Origin: Atribacterota bacterium
Lineage (GTDB): Bacteria > Atribacterota > Phoenicimicrobiia > Phoenicimicrobiales > Phoenicimicrobiaceae
Reading direction: 5' to 3'
Length of the DNA: 64,000 nt
Assembly: GCA_038203565.1 (NCBI GenBank)
Contig: JBBRDV010000001.1
Location: forward strand, 5,028 to 69,027
The position numbers were made by a program, and so were the translations under genes. The notes under the pieces are model-generated. The model did no database searches, was not told the origin of the DNA, and saw only the letters and a list, made by a program, of their open reading frames with translations. How positions within the stretch are numbered: the stretch's first letter is position 1; each line of letters starts with the position of its first letter. Below are positions 56,000 to 64,000 of the stretch, in pieces.

Positions 56000-57046
56000 T
56001 TACTTAACAAAAATTCTTAAAATATCTTTATAAGTAGCAATGATAAAAATAATTATCATAAAAGATATTCCGATTAAGTACATAAAGCTTGTTTTTTCAG
56101 GTTCCAGCGGTTTACCCCTTATTTTTTCTATGACTAAAATTAATAGATGCCCGCCATCTAAAATAGGAATAGGGAGAAGATTAAACAATCCTATAAATAC
56201 ACTTAAAATTGCCGTAAAATATAATAGGTTTAAAAAGCCTAGTTTTGCTGCTTCTCCGGTCATTTGAGCTATACCTAAAGGTCCGGCTATCTCCAGAGGG
56301 ACTTTTCCAGTAATCATTTCTATTGTATTAGAAAATATTAGTCTTATAATATTTCCAGTTGCAATTAAGCCCTTAGAAAAAGCTGAAAAAATATTAATCT
56401 TTTCGGCAGATATTTCAAAGGTAATTCCGATTAGCCCTTTTTTATAATTATCATCGTATTCAGGAATTACAAAAACATTAATATTTTCACCTCCCCTATC
56501 TAAGGTTATTTGTAATTCTTCTCCTGAACTTTTATTTATAATATTTGCAATTCTATTGGGATCTTCATTTTTTATCGAATTAATTGCGACAATTTTATCT
56601 CCGGAAAGTATGCCCGCTTGTTCAGCCGGGCTATTTTCAATAACCGTCGATATACCATTGGTAACTATCGGAATTCCATTTATAAAAAATATAAGACTAA
56701 ATATAACAACTGCGGTTACAATATTCATAAAAGGACCTAAGGCTACTATTAATGCTCTAATTCCTAATGTTTTCTGGTCAAATCTTTGTTCTTCGGGTAT
56801 TTCTTCCGATGTTTCTTTAACCTCTCCCTGCCCCATTTCTCCAGCCATTTTTACGTAACCACCGAGAGGAATTAAGCAGATTAGATATTCCGTTTGATTT
56901 TTTGTAAATCCTAACACTCTTGGCCCGAAACCAAAGGAAAATTTATATACCCTTACTCCAGACGCTTTAGCAGCAATAAAATGACCGAACTCATGAAAAA
57001 ATATTAATATACTAAAAACAAATATAAAGGCAATTATAGTTAACAT
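56000..57046 (-). CDS. rseP: RIP metalloprotease RseP (site-2 protease)
   Basis: HEFGH zinc motif, a PDZ domain and LDGG. Sits in the dxr-rseP-ispG context. Confidence 0.85.
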   Translation of the reverse strand: MLTIIAFIFVFSILIFFHEFGHFIAAKASGVRVYKFSFGFGPRVLGFTKNQTEYLICLIPLGGYVKMAGEMGQGEVKETSEEIPEEQRFDQKTLGIRALIVALGPFMNIVTAVVIFSLIFFINGIPIVTNGISTVIENSPAEQAGILSGDKIVAINSIKNEDPNRIANIINKSSGEELQITLDRGGENINVFVIPEYDDNYKKGLIGITFEISAEKINIFSAFSKGLIATGNIIRLIFSNTIEMITGKVPLEIAGPLGIAQMTGEAAKLGFLNLLYFTAILSVFIGLFNLLPIPILDGGHLLILVIEKIRGKPLEPEKTSFMYLIGISFMIIIFIIATYKDILRIFVK

Positions 57047-57099
57047 TTTTACTCCAAATTAAATTAGTCGTTAGTTTTAAATACAAGATATATAATTAA

Positions 57100-57125
57100 C
57101 CAATTCACCAATTTATCAATTGGCC
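57100..57125 (-). repeat. AATTGGNN octamer tandem repeats upstream of rseP
   Basis: Minus sense reads AATTGATA|AATTGGTG|AATTGG. The same 8-nt phased motif is found upstream of infB, rbfA and plsC. Confidence 0.7.
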
Positions 57126-57135
57126 AAATGAACTA

Positions 57136-57204
57136 CCCCGCAGCAAGCTGAAGGGGTATCTTCAATCAGGTCTTTTTCTTATCTTATCGCAGCAAGCTGC
57201 GGGG
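57136..57204. other. Structured element between dxr and rseP: two copies of the interrupted palindrome GCAGC-NN-GCTGC flanked by C4/G4 that can pair
   Basis: CCCCGCAGCAAGCTG at 57136-57150 and CGCAGCAAGCTGCGGGG at 57188-57204. Confidence 0.5.
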
Positions 57205-57285
57205 AATTAGACCCTAACAGAGATTAAAAATACAGGATACAAGATAATGTAATTGATCGATTGTGGAAATACCTATACAATTTAA

Positions 57286-58470
57286 TTATTTTATATTTAT
57301 GCAAAAATTTAAAGCTCTCTCCCTAGCCCAATAGTCAGCATCTAAGATATCACTAATGTTGGGATTATACTTTGGCTTGTGTTCTTTCATTGTATTTTGA
57401 ATAATTATAGGAATTGCGGAAAAGCTTATTTGACTATTTAAAAAAGCATTAACTGCAATTTCGTTTGCTCCATTTAATACCGCTGGCATTGTTCCTCCAA
57501 TTTCTAAGGCTTGATAGGCAAGTTTAATACATGGGAATTTGTTAAAATTTGGTTTTTTAAAAGTTAGTTGACCTATTTTGGTTAATTCTAATCGTGAAAA
57601 GTTATTAATAGTTCTATTAGGGTAAAATAGGGCGTACTGTATGGGAATCTTCATGTCATGTTCACTTATTTGAGCCAGAATAGTACCATCTATAAATTGA
57701 ACCATTGAGTGTACGTAACTTTGAGGATGGATTACGATTTCTATTTTATTTACCGGTATATTAAAAAACCATTTTGCTTCAATTACTTCTAACCCTTTAT
57801 TCATTAAAGTAGCTGAATCAATGGTAATTTTTTTCCCCATTTTCCAGGTGGGATGATTTAGCGCGTCTTCAATTGAAACATTTTTTAAAGCAGTTTCGGT
57901 GAAATCATAAAGTGCTCCTCCAGATGCAGTTAAAATAATTTTTTCGACACAGTCTTTTTTTTCATTATTTAGACACTGCAAAATTGCACTATGTTCACTA
58001 TCTATAGGTAAAATTTTTGCATTTCTTAACTTTGCTTCGTTAACTAATAATTCACCAGCTACTACCATCGCTTCTTTACTGGCTAAAGCTATTTTTTTCC
58101 CTTTTTTCACTGCTTCAAAAGTAGGTATAAGAGATGCTATCCCGGTTATAGCAACTACAACAATATCGGCTTCTTCTAAGGTTGATATTTTTATTAATCC
58201 TTCGGTCCCCCATAATAATTTAATATCACTCGAGTTATCTAAATCCTTTTTTAATTTCCTGGCGATATATTCATTTTTAACTACCGCTACTTTAGGTCTA
58301 AATAAACTTATCTGCTCTTTAAGAAAAGTCGTATTTTCCCAACCACTTAGACCTACTACTTCAAATTCATTTGAATATTTTCTTATAACCTCTAAAGTTT
58401 GCTGTCCTATCGAACCTGTTGAACCTAATATAACTATTTTTTTTCTCATAATTAGACTATACGCTTCCAA
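57286..58470 (-). CDS. dxr: 1-deoxy-D-xylulose 5-phosphate reductoisomerase
   Basis: N-terminal NADPH-binding GSTGSIG, 394 aa. Confidence 0.9.
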   Translation of the reverse strand: MEAYSLIMRKKIVILGSTGSIGQQTLEVIRKYSNEFEVVGLSGWENTTFLKEQISLFRPKVAVVKNEYIARKLKKDLDNSSDIKLLWGTEGLIKISTLEEADIVVVAITGIASLIPTFEAVKKGKKIALASKEAMVVAGELLVNEAKLRNAKILPIDSEHSAILQCLNNEKKDCVEKIILTASGGALYDFTETALKNVSIEDALNHPTWKMGKKITIDSATLMNKGLEVIEAKWFFNIPVNKIEIVIHPQSYVHSMVQFIDGTILAQISEHDMKIPIQYALFYPNRTINNFSRLELTKIGQLTFKKPNFNKFPCIKLAYQALEIGGTMPAVLNGANEIAVNAFLNSQISFSAIPIIIQNTMKEHKPKYNPNISDILDADYWARERALNFCINIK

Positions 58471-58479
58471 AAATATTTA

Positions 58480-59307
58480 TCAGTGTAAAATATACAAAAC
58501 AATATAATAATAATAATAGAATACGGGAGCTGTAAATATTAGACTATCAAAACTGTCTAATATTCCTCCATGACCGGGGATTAAAGTCCCTGAATCTTTA
58601 ATTTCTGAACCTCTTTTTAATACGGATTCAAATAAATCGCCCAGTTGTGCTATTATTGATATAATCAAACCGAGAGAAAGCAATTCATTAAAAGTTAAAT
58701 TTAACCAGTTTTTTAAGGCAAATGTACTAGCAATACTAAATATAATCCCTCCAATTGATCCTTCAATAGTTTTTTTAGGGCTTATTTTAGGAAATATTTT
58801 ATTTTTACCAAATTTAGTACCGATAAGATAAGCTCCAGTATCATTAGCCCAAGTAATAATTAATAGAGAAAAAAGATAGTAATTTCCATTGGGTAAATCT
58901 TTTATTTTTAGTATAAAGGATAATAAATATCCTAAATAAATGCTTCCAAAAATTGTAATGGATATCTCGGCTAATACCCAAGAATAATCTTTTTTAAATA
59001 GTTGAAAAATAAAAGTTAGTATAATAAAAAAAGTAATAATTATATTTTCAATATAGTAATTCAAGCAATAAATATTATAAACCGTTATCATAATGAAGTA
59101 TAACGTTAGTACGCTACCTAATATATATGATGGTTTATATCCACGTTTGTGGGCTATACTATATAATTCCTTCAACCCTAACAAAGCTATTATTATAATA
59201 ATTATAAAAAAGGGGAATCCTTTCCAAAATATGGTTAAGAAAGATAAGAAAACCCCTATAATAATTGTGGCAGTTCTCTTTAAAAAATTGTTATATTTTT
59301 CCTCCAT
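58480..59307 (-). CDS. cdsA: Phosphatidate cytidylyltransferase
   Basis: 275-aa polytopic membrane protein with a C-terminal CTP-transferase signature. Confidence 0.8.
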   Translation of the reverse strand: MEEKYNNFLKRTATIIIGVFLSFLTIFWKGFPFFIIIIIIALLGLKELYSIAHKRGYKPSYILGSVLTLYFIMITVYNIYCLNYYIENIIITFFIILTFIFQLFKKDYSWVLAEISITIFGSIYLGYLLSFILKIKDLPNGNYYLFSLLIITWANDTGAYLIGTKFGKNKIFPKISPKKTIEGSIGGIIFSIASTFALKNWLNLTFNELLSLGLIISIIAQLGDLFESVLKRGSEIKDSGTLIPGHGGILDSFDSLIFTAPVFYYYYYIVLYILH

Positions 59308-60043
59308 ATTTTCTCACTCTTTTTTGGAAATTTTTTATTGCTTCTATTAAATTATTTTTATCAAAATCGGGCCAAAAAACAGGAGTTACCCAAAGTTCAG
59401 TATAAGCTATCTGCCAGATCATAAAATTGCTAATTCTCATTTCGCCTGCTGTTCTAATTAGTAGATCGGGGTCAGGAAGATTATGGGTATATAAATTATC
59501 ACTAATAGTATTTTCGTTAATTTCTTCAATATTTAACTTTTTTTCTACTATTTTTAGTGTTATAGATTTGAGTGCATCAATAATTTCAGCTCTTCCACCA
59601 TAGTTAATAGCAATATTTAAAATAAGTTTATTGTTCTTCTTGGTAGATTCAAATAATTCATTCATCTTTTCATTAAGTGAGTTAGGTAGATCGTTTAGTC
59701 TTCCTATAAAATTTATTTTTATATTATCTTTGATTAAGTTTGCTTTTTCTTTACTCAAAACTCTTTCAAATAATTTTAGTAGGTACATTATTTCGTTTTT
59801 AGGACGTTTCCAATTTTCCGTAGAAAAAGCAAAAAGCGTCAATATTGGAATGTTAAAATTTATGCAGCTAGCTATCACTTTTTTAACTGCTTTTGCCCCT
59901 TCGCTGTGCCCTGCGCTTCGAGGTAATCCCTTTTCTTCTGCCCACCGACCATTTCCATCCATTATTATAGCCAGGTGTTGAGGTATTTCGTTCTTATCAA
60001 ATAATTCATTTTTAATATTTTTACAATTACTAATAATTATCAC
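59291..60043 (-). CDS. uppS: Ditrans,polycis-undecaprenyl-diphosphate synthase
   Basis: HLAIIMDGNGRWA motif, 250 aa. Confidence 0.9.
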   Translation of the reverse strand: MIIISNCKNIKNELFDKNEIPQHLAIIMDGNGRWAEEKGLPRSAGHSEGAKAVKKVIASCINFNIPILTLFAFSTENWKRPKNEIMYLLKLFERVLSKEKANLIKDNIKINFIGRLNDLPNSLNEKMNELFESTKKNNKLILNIAINYGGRAEIIDALKSITLKIVEKKLNIEEINENTISDNLYTHNLPDPDLLIRTAGEMRISNFMIWQIAYTELWVTPVFWPDFDKNNLIEAIKNFQKRVRKYGGKI

Positions 60044-60114
60044 CTATAAAAAAACCCCCTTAAAAATATATTAATTAAAAATCGATTAATATATTTTAAA
60101 ATGTGAAGGGGGTT
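60044..60114 (-). terminator. Intrinsic terminator after the ferredoxin gene (9-bp GC stem AACCCCCTT/AAGGGGGTT, U-run)
   Basis: In minus sense, the stem encloses an internally palindromic AT loop and is followed by TTTTTTTAT. Confidence 0.55.
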
Positions 60115-60122
60115 ATATTTTT

Positions 60123-60293
<171 letters not shown>

Positions 60294-60334
60294 TCAAGGT
60301 CTCCTCTCTTTATTAAATGATTTAAAAACGATTT

Positions 60335-60892
60335 TTATACTTCCATAATTTCTTTTTCTTTAAGCTCTAATAATTTATCAATACTTTTTATATGTTCATC
60401 TGTTAATATTTGGACTTCATTTTGATATTTTTTACTTTCATCTTCTGAAATATTACTTTCTTTCTCCTCTTTTTTTATTGAATCATTCACTTCTCTTCTT
60501 ATATTTCTTGTGCTTATTTTGCCATTTTCCGCTTCTTTTTTTACCAGTTTTACTAACTCTTTTCTTCTTTCTTCGTTTAGTGGTGGTATGGTAAGTCGAA
60601 TAATATTACCATCAATAGATGGAACTAATCCTAAACCAGATTTCCATATAGCTTTTTCAATTTCAGAAAGACAATTTTTATCCCAGGGTTGAATAACTAT
60701 TAAATTTGATTCTGGAATAGAAATATTTGCTATTTGTTTTAGAGGAGTTAATGTACCATAATAGGATATTTTTACCCGATCTACTAAGTTTGAAGAAGCT
60801 CTTCCTGTTCTTATATGAGCAAATTCATCTCTTAATGCTGTAATTGTTTTTTCCATTCTAATCTTTGTTTCATTCAATAAATCCTGCAGCAT
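60335..60892 (-). CDS. frr: Ribosome recycling factor
   Basis: 185-aa RRF-like protein, consistent with its position in the conserved cluster. Confidence 0.95.
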   Translation of the reverse strand: MLQDLLNETKIRMEKTITALRDEFAHIRTGRASSNLVDRVKISYYGTLTPLKQIANISIPESNLIVIQPWDKNCLSEIEKAIWKSGLGLVPSIDGNIIRLTIPPLNEERRKELVKLVKKEAENGKISTRNIRREVNDSIKKEEKESNISEDESKKYQNEVQILTDEHIKSIDKLLELKEKEIMEV

Positions 60893-60894
60893 AT

Positions 60895-61614
60895 CTATCC
60901 CCCCTTCACTATTGTCCCTATTTTTTCACCAAATACAACTCTTCTAATATTTCCAATAGTATTAAAATTAAAAACGATCACTGGAATATTATTTTCCATG
61001 CATAAAGAAATGGAAGTTGCATCCATAACCTTTAGGCCTTTATTTAAGAACTCGAGAAACCCTAAACTATTAAATTTTATTGCTTTTGAATTTTTTAATG
61101 GGTCGGATTCATATATACCATCAACTTTTGTAGCTTTAAGAATTGCTTCTGCATTTAGCTCAATTGCCCTTAAGGCAGCAGCAGTATCTGTGGTAAAGTA
61201 AGGATTCCCTGTTCCAGCAGCTAAAATTACTATTCTATTTTTTTCTAAATGTCTAATTGCCCTCCTTCTGATATAGGGTTCTGCAATTGCTTTCATTTCG
61301 ATTGCAGTTTGTACTCTTGTTTCAATATCTAATTTTTCTAAAGAATCTTGAAGGGCTAAAGCATTAATTATAGTTGCTAACATACCCATATAATCAGCCG
61401 AAACTCGATTTATACCTTTTTCGCTCCCCTCTTGACCTCTAAAGATATTCCCCCCCCCCATTACGATAGCTATTTGTACTCCAAATTCTCTTATTTCTGC
61501 AATTTCTTTAGAAATAAAATTGATCTTCTGTATGTCAATACCATAACCTTTTTCTCCTGAGAGTGATTCGCCCCCTAGTTTTAAGAGAATTCTCTTATAT
61601 GTAGGCTTTTTCAT
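60895..61614 (-). CDS. pyrH: UMP kinase
   Basis: 239-aa amino-acid-kinase-fold protein in the tsf-pyrH-frr context. Confidence 0.95.
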   Translation of the reverse strand: MKKPTYKRILLKLGGESLSGEKGYGIDIQKINFISKEIAEIREFGVQIAIVMGGGNIFRGQEGSEKGINRVSADYMGMLATIINALALQDSLEKLDIETRVQTAIEMKAIAEPYIRRRAIRHLEKNRIVILAAGTGNPYFTTDTAAALRAIELNAEAILKATKVDGIYESDPLKNSKAIKFNSLGFLEFLNKGLKVMDATSISLCMENNIPVIVFNFNTIGNIRRVVFGEKIGTIVKGG

Positions 61615-61638
61615 AATTTTTTATCCTTCACCATATTT

Positions 61639-61746
61639 TCGTATATTGTATATCGTATTGCGTATTTCGTCCATATCACAATTTCGTTCCATCTTCTGGA
61701 TTCTGAATTTCTATTTTCTTCACGATATACGATATACTATATACTG
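61639..61746. repeat. Inverted pair of heptamer-repeat blocks (CGTATAT x4 and ATATACG/ATATACT x3) between pyrH and tsf
   Basis: 61639-61672 reads CGTATAT|TGTATAT|CGTATTG|CGTATTT. 61724-61746 reads ATATACG|ATATACT|ATATACT. Confidence 0.75.
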
Positions 61747-61749
61747 GTT

Positions 61750-62349
61750 TTAGATTTCCTCGCCAAGTTGAAATCTGGCAAATCTTTTAATTACAATATT
61801 TTCACCTAATTTAGCAATTAACTCTAACAATAGTTGATTAATATTTTTGCTATTATCTTTAATAAATACCTGTTCCTTTAAACAGTTTTCCTTGAAATAT
61901 TTTTCTAATTTACCTTCCACGATTTTTTCAATAATCGGAGCAGGTTTGTCTTCTTTTTCTACTTGCGCATAAAATATCTCTTTTTCTTTGTTAATTATAC
62001 TGTTTGGAACATCTTCTCTAGAAATATATTTAGGATTTGAGGCTGTGATTTGCATAGCTATATCTTTCACGAATTCTTTAAACTCCTTAGTATTAGCTAC
62101 AAAATCTGTTTCACAATTTATCTCGACTAAAACTCCTATTTTACCATACAAATGAATGTAAGATTCTACTTTTCCGTTTAGTGCTTGCCGGTTAAATTTT
62201 GAAGAAGCTGCATCTATTCCTTTTTTACGTAAATATTCAATTGCTTTTTCCAGGTCTCCCTCAGTTGCTTTTAAGGCATTCTTGCAATCCATCATTCCGG
62301 CACTTGTTTTTTTCCGTAATTCCTTAACCATCTGGGCATTAATATTCAT
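61750..62349 (-). CDS. tsf: Elongation factor Ts
   Basis: 199 aa with an N-terminal UBA-like domain (MVKELRKKTSAGMMDCKNAL). Confidence 0.9.
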   Translation of the reverse strand: MNINAQMVKELRKKTSAGMMDCKNALKATEGDLEKAIEYLRKKGIDAASSKFNRQALNGKVESYIHLYGKIGVLVEINCETDFVANTKEFKEFVKDIAMQITASNPKYISREDVPNSIINKEKEIFYAQVEKEDKPAPIIEKIVEGKLEKYFKENCLKEQVFIKDNSKNINQLLLELIAKLGENIVIKRFARFQLGEEI

Positions 62350-62399
62350 CCCTATCTCCTTGTTTCGTTTATATATATTATGCTTTAAACCATTTCAGT

Positions 62400-63095
62400 T
62401 TATTTTTCAATAGTTGATTTCTTTCCTTCAAGAACTGCATCAGCTATAACTGAAGAAATTAGTTTTACCGCCCTTATCGCATCATCATTCCCCGGAATTA
62501 CATAATCAATTTCTTCCGGATTACAATTTGTATCCACAATTGCTACTATGGGAATAGAAAGTTTAATGGCTTCAGCAACTGCAATCCTCTCTTTTTTGGG
62601 GTCAACTACGAATATTGCAGCTGGAAGTCCTTCCATATCTTTGATTCCGGTTAATATCTTTTCAAGTTTTTCTTTTTCTCTTTTTAAGCTTATTACTTCT
62701 TTTTTAGGAAGAACTTCAAATATTTTATTATTTTCCATTTCTTCCAATTCATGAAACCTTTTTACTCTTTTCCTAATCGTATCGAAATTAGTTAAAATTC
62801 CGCCTAACCATCTATAATTTATATAAAACATACCACATCTCTCAGCTTCATTCTTAATTGCTTCCTGGGCTTGTTTTTTTGTTCCTACAAATAGTACATT
62901 ACCACCATTGCTAGATATTTCTCTTATAAAATCATATGCTATCTCAACTAACTTTACAGTCTGTTGAAGATCTATAATATAAATATTATTTCTTTCTGTA
63001 AAAATATATGGCTTCATCTTGGGATCCCATCGGCGCATTTGGTGACCAAAATGCACCCCTGCTTCTAGCAATTGTTTCATTGAAATTACACTCAT
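62400..63095 (-). CDS. rpsB: 30S ribosomal protein S2
   Basis: 231-aa S2-like protein at the head of the conserved rpsB-tsf cluster. Confidence 0.95.
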   Translation of the reverse strand: MSVISMKQLLEAGVHFGHQMRRWDPKMKPYIFTERNNIYIIDLQQTVKLVEIAYDFIREISSNGGNVLFVGTKKQAQEAIKNEAERCGMFYINYRWLGGILTNFDTIRKRVKRFHELEEMENNKIFEVLPKKEVISLKREKEKLEKILTGIKDMEGLPAAIFVVDPKKERIAVAEAIKLSIPIVAIVDTNCNPEEIDYVIPGNDDAIRAVKLISSVIADAVLEGKKSTIEK

Positions 63096-63500
63096 CTACC
63101 ATCCTCCAATTTTCATTTTTATAATCTTATAATTCTATTTTTTATTATCATTCTAAAATTATGATAAGTCGTTATAATTTAAATATAATACACCCATAAA
63201 ATCAAAAATAGTATAACACAGTTTTTTTTCTAAATCAAGAATAATAATACCGTATCTCGTATAAAATACAGTAACAAGTAATATGCAATGAGTAATAAGA
63301 TTAAATTTCAGAAATTATAAAAACAGGTGCTTATTACACGTTACTTATCACATGTTACATATCACATCACATGTTGGTTATTTGTTTAATGGTTAATCGT
63401 ATATCTTGCATTTAACACTAACGACTATTCATCTACCTGTGCGAACCTGCACAGGCAGGCGCAGACAGGCTATTCACTAACGACTAATTTAATTGGTGAA

Positions 63501-64000
63501 TTACAAAATGTATCTGCTTAAATCTTCGTTTCTTACAATACTTTGTAATTTTTTCTTTACATATCTTTTATCAATAGTAAATTGCTTTTTTTTGGAACTG
63601 GGAGCGTTAAAAGAAATGTCTTCCAATAATTTTTCTAAAACAGTATACAATCTTCTTGCTCCAATATTTTCTGTCTGTTCGTTTACCAAAAAAGAAGTTT
63701 CAGCAATCTCGTCAATAGCGTCATCTGTAATTTCTATTTTCAAATCTTCGGTAGCAAGTAAGGCTACGTATTGTTTTATTAGTGAATTACGGGGTTCAGT
63801 TAATATTCTTTTTAAATCTTCTTTGTTTAAAATATTTAATTCAACCCTAATAGGAAAACGTCCTTGTAATTCAGGTATTAAATCAGAAGGCTTTGAAGTG
63901 GTAAAAGCACCGGCAGCTATAAATAAAATATGGTCGGTCTTTACTGCTCCATATTTAGTCATAACTGTTGAGCCCTCAATAATAGGTAATATATCTCTTT
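63501..64000 (-). CDS. hslU: ATP-dependent protease ATPase subunit HslU, C-terminal part (N-terminus beyond the window end)
   Basis: C-terminal AAA+ lid region ([11 protein letters not shown]...[21 protein letters not shown]). Confidence 0.85.
   Translation of the reverse strand, partial: RDILPIIEGSTVMTKYGAVKTDHILFIAAGAFTTSKPSDLIPELQGRFPIRVELNILNKEDLKRILTEPRNSLIKQYVALLATEDLKIEITDDAIDEIAETSFLVNEQTENIGARRLYTVLEKLLEDISFNAPSSKKKQFTIDKRYVKKKLQSIVRNEDLSRYIL

Overview
This is an AT-rich (~30% GC) bacterial chromosomal window packed with housekeeping operons. The gene order resembles Firmicutes or Thermotogae, but the taxon is not identifiable from the sequence alone. Nearly all ORFs in the track that are not called here are antisense artefacts of AT-rich DNA.

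**Plus strand, 1-40.4 kb**
- lepA 3' end, hemW, and the hrcA-grpE-dnaK-dnaJ-mtaB heat-shock operon with a perfect CIRCE operator
- nusA-ylxR-infB-rbfA-nrnA-truB-ribF-rpsO-pnp-dut
- a Na/Pi cotransporter, uppP, ftsK
- a BMP-family lipoprotein with a three-gene ABC transporter
- a RodZ-like protein, a DUF4416 protein, thpR, recA-recX, rny, miaB-miaA
- a two-gene module: a fused double BadF/BadG/BcrA/BcrD ('archerase') ATPase plus a DUF2229/HgdB-like dehydratase-type protein of unknown substrate

**IS remnant, 40.4-41.1 kb**
- A higher-GC remnant of an IS21-family element, with three 15-bp terminal direct repeats and a frameshifted, truncated istA

**Minus strand, 41.4-64 kb**
- Mth938-like and Memo-like genes, an NHL/TPR membrane-anchored beta-propeller, plsC, tRNA-Arg(CCG), a metallophosphoesterase
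- a complete A/V-type ATPase operon (G/H-I-K-E-C-F-A-B-D)
- ispG-rseP-dxr-cdsA-uppS, a small ferredoxin, frr-pyrH-tsf-rpsB, and the 3' part of hslU

**Most notable observations**
- A pervasive family of short periodic intergenic tandem repeats. Heptamers built on TATACG / TAGTCGT / TACGCTA recur at more than ten loci. Octamers AATTGGNN sit upstream of infB, rbfA, plsC and rseP.
- At least three conserved genes (recX, rny, mtaB) lack any canonical in-frame start ahead of their conserved N-termini. Each has a Shine-Dalgarno sequence placed before an ATT or ATA codon.
- An IS-end-like GC-rich footprint sits inside one repeat locus.
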